Positions 21,441-32,019 of a stretch of 64,000 nucleotides of DNA are shown piece by piece (the stretch's first letter is position 1; each line of letters opens with the position of its first letter). Source of the stretch: Escherichia coli (GTDB taxonomy: Bacteria > Pseudomonadota > Gammaproteobacteria > Enterobacterales > Enterobacteriaceae); NCBI RefSeq assembly GCF_001677475.2, contig NZ_CP015229.1. One strand, 5' to 3'. The translations under genes and the position numbers were made by a program. A model generated the notes under the pieces. That model had not been told where the DNA came from and ran no database searches. It saw only the letters and a list, made by a program, of their open reading frames with translations.

Positions 21441-22553
21441 ATGAATACTTTTTCACTGCAGACGCGTTTATACAGCGGACCGGGAAGTCTCAAGGTACTT
21501 AGCCGTTTCTCTCATAAACACATCTGGATTGTTTGCGACGTCTTTCTGGCACGTTCACCACTCATTGACACGTTGCATCAGGCGCTGCCCGACAGTAATC
21601 GTCTTAGTATTTTTAGCGAAATAACGCCCGACCCAACTATCCAGACCGTGGTGAAAGGCATTGCGCAAATGCAGACTTTACGCCCGGATGTGGTTATCGG
21701 TTTTGGCGGCGGTTCTGCCCTGGACGCCGCAAAAGCGATTGTCTGGTTCGGTCGCCAGTGTGGCATTGAAATTGAAACCTGCGTAGCCATTCCTACCACC
21801 AGCGGTACCGGTTCCGAAGTGACCAGTGCTTGTGTCATCAGCGATCCTGAGAAAGGGATTAAATATCCCCTTTTCGATAATGCACTTTATCCGGATATCG
21901 CGATCCTTGATCCATCTCTGATCGTCAGCGTGCCACCGGCGATAACGGCCAATACCGGGATGGATGTTTTAACCCATGCGCTTGAAGCTTATGTTTCTCC
22001 TCGCGCCAGCGACTTCACGGATGCACTGGTCGAAAAAGCCGTGCAAATTGTTTTTCAATACCTGCCCACTGCAGTGAAAAAAGGCGATTGTCTTGCCACC
22101 CGTGGCAAAATGCATAATGCATCGACGCTTGCAGGAATGGCCTTTAGCCAGGCCGGACTCGGTTTAAACCATGCAATTGCTCATCAACTCGGCGGACAGT
22201 TTCATCTGCCGCACGGACTGGCGAATGCGCTCCTGCTCACGGCAGTTATCCGCTTTAATGCTGGCGATCCGCGCACAGCCAAACGCTATGCCCGGCTGGC
22301 GAAAACGTGCCATTTATGCCCGGACAACGCCAATGACACCGCCAGCCTGAATGCACTTATTCAACATATTGAGCAGCTTAAAACAACCTGTACGCTGCCG
22401 ACTCTTACCAATGCGCTGAAAGAAAAAAAAGCAGAATGGTCAATACGCATACCAGATATGGTTCAGGCGGCACTGGCGGATGCAACGTTGCGTACCAACC
22501 CGCGTGCGGCTGATGCCTCCGCTATTGCAGAACTGCTCGAGGAGTTGTTATGA
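21441..22553 (+). CDS. pduQ: 1-Propanol dehydrogenase (iron-containing ADH)
   Basis: 370 aa Fe-ADH family. Confidence 0.93.
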   Translation: MNTFSLQTRLYSGPGSLKVLSRFSHKHIWIVCDVFLARSPLIDTLHQALPDSNRLSIFSEITPDPTIQTVVKGIAQMQTLRPDVVIGFGGGSALDAAKAIVWFGRQCGIEIETCVAIPTTSGTGSEVTSACVISDPEKGIKYPLFDNALYPDIAILDPSLIVSVPPAITANTGMDVLTHALEAYVSPRASDFTDALVEKAVQIVFQYLPTAVKKGDCLATRGKMHNASTLAGMAFSQAGLGLNHAIAHQLGGQFHLPHGLANALLLTAVIRFNAGDPRTAKRYARLAKTCHLCPDNANDTASLNALIQHIEQLKTTCTLPTLTNALKEKKAEWSIRIPDMVQAALADATLRTNPRAADASAIAELLEELL

Positions 22554-23893
22554 ACGTCGAGTTAACCTCCTGCGACGACCAGACCATCCGCGAGCGAGTA
22601 CAGGCAGCAGGTGTCGTGGGTGCAGGCGGCGCAGGTTTTCCAACCCATATTAAGCTACAAGCGCGTGTTGACACTTTCCTGGTGAATGCGGCGGAATGCG
22701 AACCAATGTTGAACGTGGATCAACAGTTAATGGCGCAGCAAGCCAGTCGCCTGCTTCGCGGTGTTCACTATGCGATGAAAGCCACCGGGGCCAGTAGCGG
22801 AATCATCGCGCTGAAAGAGAAATATCAACTGGCAATAAACGCACTCACACCACTGTTACCACCGGATATCCGCCTGCATATTTTGCCCGACGTTTACCCC
22901 GCAGGAGACGAAGTGCTGACCATCTGGATGGCAACTGGTCGCCGCGTTCCACCCGCTGCATTACCCGTTAGCGTCGGTGTGGTGGTCAATAATGTTCAAA
23001 CCGTACTTAATATTGCCAGAGCCGTCGAGCAACAGTATCCAGTGACGCGCCGCACACTCACCGTTAATGGTGCAGTGGCGAAACCAATAACGGTAACCGT
23101 CCCCATCGGCATGTCTTTACGTGAAGTCCTGGCGCTGGCGGGCGGCGCAACAGTGGATGCTCCTGGTTTTATCAATGGCGGACCGATGATGGGAAGTTTG
23201 ATCACATCGCTCGACACACCAGTCAGCAAAACCACTGGCGGCTTGCTGGTTTTACCCAACTCTCATTCACTGATCCAACGTCGAATGCAGAATGACCGCA
23301 GCGTACTTGCCGTCGCGAAAACTGTTTGTGAGCAATGCCGCTTGTGTACCGATCTCTGCCCACGTCATTTAATCGGTCACGAACTGGCACCCCATTTGTT
23401 AGTACGTGCGGTTAACTACCAACAGCTCGCTACGCCGCAACTGTTACTGACGGCGCTCACCTGTTCAGAGTGCAACGTCTGCGCCAGCGTCGCCTGTCCG
23501 GTAGGAATTTCACCAATGCGCATAAACCGCCTGCTTAAGCAGGAATTACGCGCACAAAATCTCCGTTACGAAGGTACCTTAAATCCTGCAGATCCCATGG
23601 CAAATTATCGACTGATTCCCGTAAAACGGCTGGTAACCAGACTTGGCTTAACCCCGTGGTATCAGGATGCGCCATTGTCTGAACAGGTGCCTCAGACCGA
23701 AAAAGTGACGTTATTGTTACGCCAGCACATCGGTGCCAGCGCAATTGCGTGTGTACAAAAAGGCGATCGCGTCGTTCATGGGCAATGTGTAGGTCAAATT
23801 CCACACGGCACATTAGGTGCCCCCATTCATGCCAGTATTGATGGCATGGTCAGCGATGTGACAGAAAACGCAATTACGCTTGTGAGAGGTTAA
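22550..23893 (+). CDS. pduS: Cobalamin reductase PduS (RnfC/Nqo1-like Fe-S flavoprotein)
   Basis: 447 aa with two 4Fe-4S Cys clusters ([25 protein letters not shown]). Confidence 0.93.
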   Translation: MNVELTSCDDQTIRERVQAAGVVGAGGAGFPTHIKLQARVDTFLVNAAECEPMLNVDQQLMAQQASRLLRGVHYAMKATGASSGIIALKEKYQLAINALTPLLPPDIRLHILPDVYPAGDEVLTIWMATGRRVPPAALPVSVGVVVNNVQTVLNIARAVEQQYPVTRRTLTVNGAVAKPITVTVPIGMSLREVLALAGGATVDAPGFINGGPMMGSLITSLDTPVSKTTGGLLVLPNSHSLIQRRMQNDRSVLAVAKTVCEQCRLCTDLCPRHLIGHELAPHLLVRAVNYQQLATPQLLLTALTCSECNVCASVACPVGISPMRINRLLKQELRAQNLRYEGTLNPADPMANYRLIPVKRLVTRLGLTPWYQDAPLSEQVPQTEKVTLLLRQHIGASAIACVQKGDRVVHGQCVGQIPHGTLGAPIHASIDGMVSDVTENAITLVRG

Positions 23894-23895
23894 CC

Positions 23896-24450
23896 ATGTC
23901 GAAAGCGGTAGGTATTTTAGAACTTAGCAGTATCGCGAAAGGGATGGAAACCGGCGACGCCATGCTGAAAAGCGCCAACGTTGAGTTACTGGTCAGCAAA
24001 ACGCTATGCCCCGGAAAATTTCTGCTGATGCTCGGTGGCGATGTGGGCGCGGTGCAACAGGCCATCAATAGCGGATCTTCCCTTGCTGGTGAAATGCTGG
24101 TCGACAGTCTTGTCCTGCCGAATATTCATCCCAGCCTCCTTTCTGCAATCAGCGGACTTAACCATGTTGAACAGCACCGGGCTGTCGGCGTAGTCGAAAC
24201 CTGGAGTGTCGCCGCCTGCATTGACGCAGCCGATTGTGCTGTCAAAGCTGCGAATGTCATTCTCGTTCGCGTACATATGGCTTTTGGCATTGGTGGTAAA
24301 TGCTACATGGTGGTTGCTGGCGATATTTCAGATGTTAATAACGCGGTCTCTGTTGCCAGCGAGCGTGCGGGGGAAAAAGGTTTGTTGGTCTATCGGTCAG
24401 TGATTGCCCGTCCACATGAAGCCATGTGGCGTCAGATGGTGGAGGGATAA
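23896..24450 (+). CDS. pduT: Microcompartment shell protein PduT (tandem BMC)
   Basis: 184 aa [29 protein letters not shown]... Confidence 0.93.
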   Translation: MSKAVGILELSSIAKGMETGDAMLKSANVELLVSKTLCPGKFLLMLGGDVGAVQQAINSGSSLAGEMLVDSLVLPNIHPSLLSAISGLNHVEQHRAVGVVETWSVAACIDAADCAVKAANVILVRVHMAFGIGGKCYMVVAGDISDVNNAVSVASERAGEKGLLVYRSVIARPHEAMWRQMVEG

Positions 24451-24800
24451 TGACAACTCAGCACACAACTGAACGGATGATTCAGGAATATGTCCCTGGT
24501 AAGCAGGTCACGCTGGCACATGTCATCGCCAATCCAGGGAAGGATCTGTTTAAGAAATTGGGTTTACCAGACACCGTTTCTGCTATTGGCATTCTGACGA
24601 TTACCCCCAGCGAAGCATCTATCATCGCATGTGATATCGCCACAAAATCAGGCGCTGTAGAGATCGGTTTTCTTGATCGTTTTACCGGTGCCGTAGTGCT
24701 GACTGGTGATGTTTCTGCGATTGAATATGCACTTAGCCAGGTTACCCGTACGCTGGGTGAAATGATGCGCTTTACCGCTTGCCCCATTACGCGGACCTGA
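24450..24800 (+). CDS. pduU: Microcompartment shell protein PduU (permuted BMC)
   Basis: 116 aa from [39 protein letters not shown]; ATG overlaps the pduT TAA (TAATG); tracker ORF starts 8 codons upstream. Confidence 0.9.
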   Translation: MTTQHTTERMIQEYVPGKQVTLAHVIANPGKDLFKKLGLPDTVSAIGILTITPSEASIIACDIATKSGAVEIGFLDRFTGAVVLTGDVSAIEYALSQVTRTLGEMMRFTACPITRT

Positions 24801-24804
24801 CGTT

Positions 24805-25248
24805 ATGCAACGTATGATGCTCATCGGCCCCAGCCAGTGCGGAAAAACGTCGCTCACGCAATGTCTGCGTGGCGAAAATATTCATTATCAGAAAACGCAG
24901 GCAATCGTCTGGTCCCCGACCACCATTGATACACCAGGCGAATACCTCGAAAACCGCAGCCTCTACAGTGCTCTGTTGGTCAGCGCCTGCGAAGCGGACA
25001 TTATCGCCCTGGTGCTTAATGCGGACGCACCGTGGTCCCCTTTTTCGCCAGGCTTTACCTCGTCAATGAATCGCCCGGTCATTGGAGTAGTAACCAAAGC
25101 AGATTTAGCCAGCATGGAACAAATATCTTTGGTGAAATGTTGGTTACGGGAAGCTGGAGCGCACAACGTGTTAGTAACCAGTGCGGTTAATAACAATGGA
25201 GTTACAGAACTTTTTGCCTTGCTGCATACAGAAGATGTCTGTCGCTAA
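24805..25248 (+). CDS. pduV: PduV (Ras-like GTPase-family microcompartment-associated protein)
   Basis: 147 aa with P-loop [10 protein letters not shown]. Confidence 0.9.
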   Translation: MQRMMLIGPSQCGKTSLTQCLRGENIHYQKTQAIVWSPTTIDTPGEYLENRSLYSALLVSACEADIIALVLNADAPWSPFSPGFTSSMNRPVIGVVTKADLASMEQISLVKCWLREAGAHNVLVTSAVNNNGVTELFALLHTEDVCR

Positions 25249-25348
25249 TTTCGATAGGTTATCAGATGGGAATGATGACTTTGATACACAGAAAAGAATC
25301 AATGAGCAATGAGGGTTGCCGGGCAACCCTCATTGAATAAAACAGGAA

Positions 25349-25678
25349 TTACTTCGCTTCGCCGTTTTTCATTTCGCCCATAGCTTTCAGCTTTTTGGAG
25401 ATATCGCGGCGTTCTTTGGAGAGCTCGGCATTTTTGATGATGTAATCGTCAACACGATCTTCATAGTCACCTTTCATGCTGGCGATGATGCCCTGGATTG
25501 CTTCAACGCTCATCCCCGGCTTGATGTAATCGCTCAGGTTGTCCAGCAGCAGGACGCGCTTCTGGTTGTCACGGATCTTTTTCTCAACGTCCTGAATTTC
25601 ACGTTGCAGTTTGTTCTTACGACGGAACAGACGAACAAATTCCAGTACGTCCTGGAATGAAGGCTTGGTAGTTTCCAT
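25349..25678 (-). CDS. yeeX: DUF496 family protein YeeX
   Basis: [41 protein letters not shown]...; start taken at METTK. Confidence 0.9.
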   Translation of the reverse strand: METTKPSFQDVLEFVRLFRRKNKLQREIQDVEKKIRDNQKRVLLLDNLSDYIKPGMSVEAIQGIIASMKGDYEDRVDDYIIKNAELSKERRDISKKLKAMGEMKNGEAK

Positions 25679-25849
25679 TTTTATACCCCTGATAATGTGA
25701 GAGTCGGATTCGTTTAAGCAACCGCTATTCGTTAGGGCCAACATTACTCATAGCTGCCGCAGATGACAATGCTTTTATCCCTTTTCACTATCATACCCTT
25801 TATCCTTGCTGAATCGAAGCAGCAGCAAGATGATTCTGAAGTTCAGGAA

Positions 25850-26908
25850 TTATTTGCGCAAGGCCCGGCAAATCAGATTCGATAGCAACTCAAGCTGATG
25901 TGCCGTTTCCATGTTCAGCCACACATAACCATAGATTGGTGTTTCCACAACCTTCAGGTCATGGTGGTTATTGAGCAACTGACGCAGCTCTTCCACAGCA
26001 TCGTTCAATTTTTCCGTATTGGCAAAAACCGGCTGCGGATTACCTTCGTACAACGCATGAACAAGGCTCAGCAGTATTTGCTGCATCATGTGCTGGGTAT
26101 CACGAAGTTTTTGCGCGTTCAATAACACGAAATGGCTGGGGCGCGTGGCCCAGTACGCATTGATTTGCAACTCCAGCATACAAACCAGATTGCGGTTAAT
26201 GGTCTGGATACCTTCATATATCGATTTTGGAATACGGGTTTCTTTGCTAGCGGGCGCAATCAGCCCACGCATTTTCACAGCATCGGTCAGGAGTTTTTGT
26301 AGATGGCTTTCCAGACGTGGGCGTTCGAGTAAGTTCGGTGAGAATGCTGATTGATAGACCCGATTATACTCGGTCAGACTTTTCGCCAGTTGAATGCGCC
26401 AGTGGATGAACGCCCGTTGTGGCCAGATACCGGTAAATAACATTGCCAGTAAAGAGCCGAGGATCACATCGCCGCTTCGCCATAACGCCGTATCAATTTC
26501 ACCTGTCGGCGAACCCACAACAATTGCTAGCGTCACCCCAATCAATAATCCTTGATACGGTTTCTTGCCCAGCGCCATCCAACCGCAAAGAAACATAGCC
26601 GCCGCGCACCAGACTAACATCAGCGGTAACGAAATTAACTCCAGTTGCAGAGCGATAAGACCTAAAATCGACCCCAACACCGTACCGCCAATACGTTCGA
26701 AGGCGCGAGGGACTACGTTACCCCAGAACGAGATTGGCCCCATAATCACCACCATGGTGACCAGCGGCCAGGTGCTTTCAGGGATAGTAAACAGGCGGAT
26801 AATGAGAAAAGTGAGCAGGAATGCCAGCGCGACCCGAGTACCATGCACAATGCGGTAATGGCGGTATACCCGGATTTCAAACGGGCTTAATGACTTATCG
26901 GCACGCAC
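25850..26908 (-). CDS. yeeA: Inner membrane protein YeeA (FUSC-like)
   Basis: 352 aa membrane protein; conserved synteny with yeeX/sbmC. Confidence 0.85.
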   Translation of the reverse strand: MRADKSLSPFEIRVYRHYRIVHGTRVALAFLLTFLIIRLFTIPESTWPLVTMVVIMGPISFWGNVVPRAFERIGGTVLGSILGLIALQLELISLPLMLVWCAAAMFLCGWMALGKKPYQGLLIGVTLAIVVGSPTGEIDTALWRSGDVILGSLLAMLFTGIWPQRAFIHWRIQLAKSLTEYNRVYQSAFSPNLLERPRLESHLQKLLTDAVKMRGLIAPASKETRIPKSIYEGIQTINRNLVCMLELQINAYWATRPSHFVLLNAQKLRDTQHMMQQILLSLVHALYEGNPQPVFANTEKLNDAVEELRQLLNNHHDLKVVETPIYGYVWLNMETAHQLELLSNLICRALRK

Positions 26909-27105
26909 GCAGAAACTCCGTAATGAAAATTAAAAGCGCTCATAACACATCTGTCGGCCAGAAGGCGCGCCTCTGAGTTATCCGACGGACATACCGGGAA
27001 CAGTGTAATTTCCCGGCAGGAGCGAAAAAATTGAAAGGCGCATCTTACTCTTTTCGCTTTCAAAAAAAGAGTGGTCATCGCGTTAACACACCGCCCTAAG
27101 ATGAA

Positions 27106-27579
27106 TTAGTGATGTTTTGGCTGCACCGCAACATACATTTCGATATCCCAGTACCCATCTTCCGCGCCATTGTTCAAATAAACCTCAAAACAGGGCTTTG
27201 GTAACATTTCATAAGCACTGTCTTGCAAGAGGCTATTAAAGAACTGATACCAGGGTTTAGCAAAATCATCACCGACTACACGAGCTACCGCCACCGCATA
27301 CTGACCACCTGAAATTTCTGTCAGAATGACGCCCTCACTGTTTTCGGGGAGCGTGAAGTAACCCGGCACCGTCACGACGGTGTCGCAGCGTAATTTTTCG
27401 GCGGGTGTTTCGTCTGGATTGTCGTAATAGACAGCAACCCACTCCTTCGGCACAATATTTTGGCTATCTACCCACATCATCAACTGCTCAAAACCTTTCT
27501 TTACCGTCTGCTCCCACGGGCCAACGAGATGGAAACCTGCAACGGTACGTTTATCTTCCTGCTTAATCTCGTAGTTCAT
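27106..27579 (-). CDS. sbmC: DNA gyrase inhibitor SbmC (GyrI)
   Basis: 157 aa [37 protein letters not shown]... Confidence 0.93.
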   Translation of the reverse strand: MNYEIKQEDKRTVAGFHLVGPWEQTVKKGFEQLMMWVDSQNIVPKEWVAVYYDNPDETPAEKLRCDTVVTVPGYFTLPENSEGVILTEISGGQYAVAVARVVGDDFAKPWYQFFNSLLQDSAYEMLPKPCFEVYLNNGAEDGYWDIEMYVAVQPKHH

Positions 27580-27595
27580 GAAGCCTCCATTAATA

Positions 27596-27611
27596 CTGTT
27601 TTTATATACAG
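27596..27611. promoter_or_regulatory. LexA (SOS) box upstream of sbmC
   Basis: CTGTTTTTATATACAG = CTGT-N8-ACAG, 17 bp upstream of the sbmC start. Confidence 0.85.
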
Positions 27612-27723
27612 TATAGTTGCAATATTAAAACCACAAGGAATGAGTGTTGATTATGCGAGCAGACTCGCACTCCTGCCAGTCTGCTGCAAAAGAAAGGTCA
27701 GGCCTTATGGTGGAAATAATCAC

Positions 27724-28869
27724 TCAGGCGAGAAAACATGCTGCCTCCCCGACAGATTCCAGGGTAACCAGCGGCCAGTGCGCCACCTGTTTATCACGGT
27801 CGTAAAGTTCAATTTCCCCTACCCGCTGATGGGCGCTAATTGGCGCGGTGAGCTCTTTACCATCAAGGGTATATTTGGCTTTGATATGTGGAATTTCAGC
27901 TTTCGGTAGCACCATCCAGAACTCTTGTTCCGTTCCCAAGGCGATATTTTCTTTATCGCCATACCAGATGCGTTCCGTACCGACCTTTTTCCCACGGTGC
28001 AAAATTTGCACCGTAGTAAAGTTTTGTTGCCCCCAACGCAGTAATTTTCTTGCCTCTTCCTCACGACCTTTTGCACTGTCAGCCCCCATTACCACTGCAA
28101 TGAGACGACGCTGCCCATCTACAGCCGAAGCAATGAGGTTAAACCCGGCACCAGAAGTATGACCCGTTTTCAGGCCGTCAACATTCATGGTTTTATCCCA
28201 CAATAACCCGTTACGGTTTTGCTGGGTGATACCGTTCCAGGTGAGGCTTTTCTCACTGTACATATGATAAAACTCGGGCTCGCCGTGGATGATAGCGCGA
28301 GAAAGCACAGCTAAATCATAAGCCGAGCTATGCTGGCCTGGTGCATCCAGACCATGCACTGTTTCAAAATGTGTATCCTTGAGATGCAGCTTCTCGGCAT
28401 AGTTGTTCATCATTGCAACAAACTGCCGTTGCCCGCCGGCAATATAGTCAGCCAGTGCAACACAAGCGTCATTTCCGGAATCCACAATTAAACCACGGCT
28501 TAAATCACGTACCGATACGCGATCGCCCTCTTTCAAAAACATCAGTGAAGAACCGACAAACACTGGATTATCTTTCGCCCACGCATCGCGCCCTACGGTG
28601 ACAATATCGTCTGGCGTAATGCGATGACTATCGATAGCGCGATCCACGACATAACCCGTCATCAGCTTTGTCAGGCTGGCGGGATTGCGCTGTTGATGCT
28701 CATTACCCGCGGTGAGGATCTGTCCGGTGGTGTAATCCATCAGTACCCAGGACCCGGCTTGAATCTGTGGAGGCTGAGGTGAAAAAGGAATGTTTTCCGC
28801 CGCAAAACCAGACGATAAGTTAAAAACGAACAAAGAAGCAGCAATAATAAGACGGCGTTTCAACAGCAA
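27724..28869 (-). CDS. dacD: D-alanyl-D-alanine carboxypeptidase DacD (PBP6b)
   Basis: 381 aa with signal peptide and SxxK motif (ASLTKLMT). Confidence 0.92.
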   Translation of the reverse strand: MLLKRRLIIAASLFVFNLSSGFAAENIPFSPQPPQIQAGSWVLMDYTTGQILTAGNEHQQRNPASLTKLMTGYVVDRAIDSHRITPDDIVTVGRDAWAKDNPVFVGSSLMFLKEGDRVSVRDLSRGLIVDSGNDACVALADYIAGGQRQFVAMMNNYAEKLHLKDTHFETVHGLDAPGQHSSAYDLAVLSRAIIHGEPEFYHMYSEKSLTWNGITQQNRNGLLWDKTMNVDGLKTGHTSGAGFNLIASAVDGQRRLIAVVMGADSAKGREEEARKLLRWGQQNFTTVQILHRGKKVGTERIWYGDKENIALGTEQEFWMVLPKAEIPHIKAKYTLDGKELTAPISAHQRVGEIELYDRDKQVAHWPLVTLESVGEAACFLA

Positions 28870-29071
28870 ACCCTCAGGAGTTTCAAATAGCTGTTCTTTT
28901 TACGGAAATACTTATGAACTGGCTGGAATAAAGTGCAAGAAAATGTGACTACCCTCGCATTTTTATCTGACATGATCTGTTGCCACTCGCTGTCAAATTG
29001 TTGCGCTAAAGCTGATTAGCAAGGTGATATTTGATACTCTGGCAGACAGCAGTAATAACGGATTTAACCTA

Positions 29072-30499
29072 ATGATGAATGATGGTAAGCAACAATCTAC
29101 CTTTTTGTTTCACGATTACGAAACCTTTGGCACGCACCCCGCGTTAGATCGCCCTGCACAGTTCGCAGCCATTCGCACCGATAGCGAATTCAATGTCATC
29201 GGCGAACCCGAAGTCTTTTACTGCAAGCCCGCGGATGACTATTTACCCCAGCCAGGAGCAGTATTAATTACCGGTATTACCCCGCAGGAAGCACGGGCGA
29301 AAGGAGAAAACGAAGCCGCGTTTGCCGCTCGTATTCACTCACTTTTTACCGTACCGAAGACCTGTATTCTCGGCTACAACAATGTGCGTTTCGACGACGA
29401 AGTCACACGCAACGTTTTTTATCGTAATTTCTACGATCCTTACGCCTGGAGCTGGCAGCATGATAACTCGCGCTGGGATTTACTGGATGTTATGCGTGCC
29501 TGTTATGCCCTGCGCCCGGAAGGAATAAACTGGCCTGAAAATGATGACGGTCTACCGAGCTTTCGCCTTGAGCATTTAACCAAAGCGAATGGTATTGAAC
29601 ATAGCAACGCCCACGATGCAATGGCTGATGTGTACGCCACTATTGCGATGGCGAAACTGGTAAAAACGCGTCAGCCACGCCTGTTTGATTATCTCTTTAC
29701 CCATCGCAATAAACACAAACTAATGGCGTTGATTGATGTTCCGCAGATGAAACCCCTGGTTCACGTTTCCGGAATGTTTGGGGCATGGCGCGGCAATACC
29801 AGCTGGGTAGCACCGCTGGCGTGGCATCCTGAAAATCGCAATGCCGTAATTATGGTGGATTTGGCAGGAGACATTTCGCCATTACTGGAACTGGATAGCG
29901 ACACATTGCGCGAGCGTCTATATACCGCAAAAGCCGATCTTGGCGATAACGCCGCCGTTCCGGTTAAACTGGTGCATATCAATAAATGTCCGGTGCTGGC
30001 CCAGGCGAATACGCTACGCCCGGAAGATGCCGACCGACTGGGAATTAATCGTCAGCATTGCCTCGAAAACCTGAAAATTCTGCGTGAAAATCCGCAAGTG
30101 CGCGAAAAAGTGGTGGCGATATTCGCGGAAGCCGAACCGTTTACGCCTTCAGATAACGTGGATGCACAGCTTTATAACGGCTTTTTCAGTGACGCCGATC
30201 GTGCAGCGATGAAAATTGTGCTGGAAACCGAGCCGCGTAATTTACCGGCACTGGATATCACTTTTGTTGATAAACGGATTGAAAAGCTGTTGTTCAATTA
30301 TCGGGCACGCAACTTCCCGGGGACGCTGGATTATGCCGAGCAGCAACGTTGGCTGGAGCACCGCCGCCAGGTATTCACACCCGAGTTTTTACAAGGCTAT
30401 GCAGAAGAGATTCAGATGCTGGCGCAGCAGTATGCCGACGATAAAGAAAAAGTGGCGCTGTTAAAAGCGCTTTGGCAGTACGCGGAAGAGATTGTCTAA
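29072..30499 (+). CDS. sbcB: Exodeoxyribonuclease I
   Basis: MMNDGKQQSTFLFHDYETFGTHPALDRPAQFAAIRTD...; start taken at MMNDG (tracker ORF 16 codons longer). Confidence 0.95.
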   Translation: MMNDGKQQSTFLFHDYETFGTHPALDRPAQFAAIRTDSEFNVIGEPEVFYCKPADDYLPQPGAVLITGITPQEARAKGENEAAFAARIHSLFTVPKTCILGYNNVRFDDEVTRNVFYRNFYDPYAWSWQHDNSRWDLLDVMRACYALRPEGINWPENDDGLPSFRLEHLTKANGIEHSNAHDAMADVYATIAMAKLVKTRQPRLFDYLFTHRNKHKLMALIDVPQMKPLVHVSGMFGAWRGNTSWVAPLAWHPENRNAVIMVDLAGDISPLLELDSDTLRERLYTAKADLGDNAAVPVKLVHINKCPVLAQANTLRPEDADRLGINRQHCLENLKILRENPQVREKVVAIFAEAEPFTPSDNVDAQLYNGFFSDADRAAMKIVLETEPRNLPALDITFVDKRIEKLLFNYRARNFPGTLDYAEQQRWLEHRRQVFTPEFLQGYAEEIQMLAQQYADDKEKVALLKALWQYAEEIV

Positions 30500-30509
30500 T
30501 GTGAAGCCT

Positions 30510-30534
30510 CCGCCGCTGGTACGGCGGAGGACAA
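30510..30534. terminator. Bidirectional terminator hairpin between convergent sbcB and yeeD
   Basis: Inverted repeat CCTCCGCCGCTGGTACGGCGGAGG. Confidence 0.7.
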
Positions 30535-30541
30535 TGTTGAG

Positions 30542-30769
30542 TCAGGCTTTTTGAACGGTGATGCTCCACGCTGCATCGCCAATCTGCTGATAATCGGTGA
30601 TGGCATGTCCTTCTTCTGCCGCCCACTGTGGGATTGCTTCAGTTGCCTGGGTGCAATCAAACTCAATTACCAACTCGTCGCCGCTGGCCATTTCTGCCAG
30701 TGCTGCTTTTGCTTCTATGAGTGGAAACGGACAGACCTGCGTCACCACATCCAGCTTTTTAATCGCCAT
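30542..30769 (-). CDS. yeeD: TusA-like sulfurtransferase YeeD
   Basis: 75 aa with CPFP motif (VTQVCPFPLIEAK). Confidence 0.9.
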   Translation of the reverse strand: MAIKKLDVVTQVCPFPLIEAKAALAEMASGDELVIEFDCTQATEAIPQWAAEEGHAITDYQQIGDAAWSITVQKA

Positions 30770-30782
30770 CTTTACACCTTAC

Positions 30783-31841
30783 TTAATTTGCCGCAGCAGT
30801 TGCCAGTCGCGCCTTACGCTGCGGTCGAACATACATAAGCCAGGACGCAGTCCAGACTCCGAGAATCATAAATACAAGGCCAACCCAGCCCTGCCAGGTC
30901 ATCATTGCAGTCATAACCAATCCATTACCAATAGAGCAACCACCTGCAATACTGGCACCGAAGCCCATCAGTACACCACCTAACCCGCTACGTAATGTTG
31001 TTTGTGCATCAGCTGCGCGAACGCGGAACTCACGGCTCGCTTTGGCTGCAATAAATGACCCCACGAAGATCCCTAACACCAGGAAAACGCCCCAGTTAAT
31101 GTATTTCACATCACCCGCGACCAGAAATTGCAGAATATTGGCCGTTGGGGAAGTGATTCCTAACCCAAACATGCGTCCGGTTGCTTCACTCAGGGGCCAG
31201 GCTAAAAGCGCAATCAAACCGATGAGTACAGCAGTGACAAAGGGATGCCAGCGTTTTTCAAACAGAATATGAGCGATCCCGGTTCGGCGCGGCGGTAAGG
31301 TCGCGACTTTCAGTTTTGGCTTCTTCAACTCTTTCATCACCACCCAGAGCGTTATCACCAGCAAAACGGCAACCAACGGCCACACAGACAAATTAAAAGT
31401 ATCAGCAATAGAGTTATGTTCAGTAGTGTAGTGCTGCAAGGTTTGATTTAAACCACTGGCGTGTGGAGAACGCATCACCGCACTCATCACCATATAAGTG
31501 AAAAGCGCGATCCAACTGCCGATCAATCCCTCACCCGCGCGATACCAGGTACCGGTGGCACATCCACCCGCCAGAACAATTCCCAGCCCGAAGATATACC
31601 CACCTATAACAGTACCAAGCCACGGGAACGCCCCGGCTTCGTAAGTCAGTAGGCCCGCCTGAATTAACGCAAAAACCCCCACGCTTTGTACCGAAATTGC
31701 AATCAGCAGGGCATAAAACATGCGATTATTTTTCGCGATATACATATCGCGAAAACCACCTGTCAGGCAAAAACGCCCACGCTGCATGACAAATCCCAGC
31801 AGAGCACCACAAATTAGCCCGCTTAATATCATTGAAAACAT
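30783..31841 (-). CDS. yeeE: Thiosulfate transporter-like membrane protein YeeE
   Basis: 352 aa polytopic membrane protein immediately upstream of yeeD. Confidence 0.9.
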   Translation of the reverse strand: MFSMILSGLICGALLGFVMQRGRFCLTGGFRDMYIAKNNRMFYALLIAISVQSVGVFALIQAGLLTYEAGAFPWLGTVIGGYIFGLGIVLAGGCATGTWYRAGEGLIGSWIALFTYMVMSAVMRSPHASGLNQTLQHYTTEHNSIADTFNLSVWPLVAVLLVITLWVVMKELKKPKLKVATLPPRRTGIAHILFEKRWHPFVTAVLIGLIALLAWPLSEATGRMFGLGITSPTANILQFLVAGDVKYINWGVFLVLGIFVGSFIAAKASREFRVRAADAQTTLRSGLGGVLMGFGASIAGGCSIGNGLVMTAMMTWQGWVGLVFMILGVWTASWLMYVRPQRKARLATAAAN

Positions 31842-31967
31842 AAATTAATTAACCAGATGAATGTTAATGGGGAAATTATTCATGACTGGTGGAATGCAGA
31901 CCAATAACCAAATTCTCTAAATTAGAACAAATGGTTATTAATGAGGATGTCGATAAGAAAGAATAAA

Positions 31968-32010
31968 AAAACCGGAGCCAAATGTTCATTCGACTCCGGT
32001 TTATTATTAG
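31968..32010 (-). terminator. Rho-independent terminator downstream of plaP
   Basis: Minus strand hairpin AAACCGGAGTCGAATGAACATTTGGCTCCGGTTT followed by TTTTTT. Confidence 0.75.
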
Positions 32011-32019
32011 AAAAGATGA

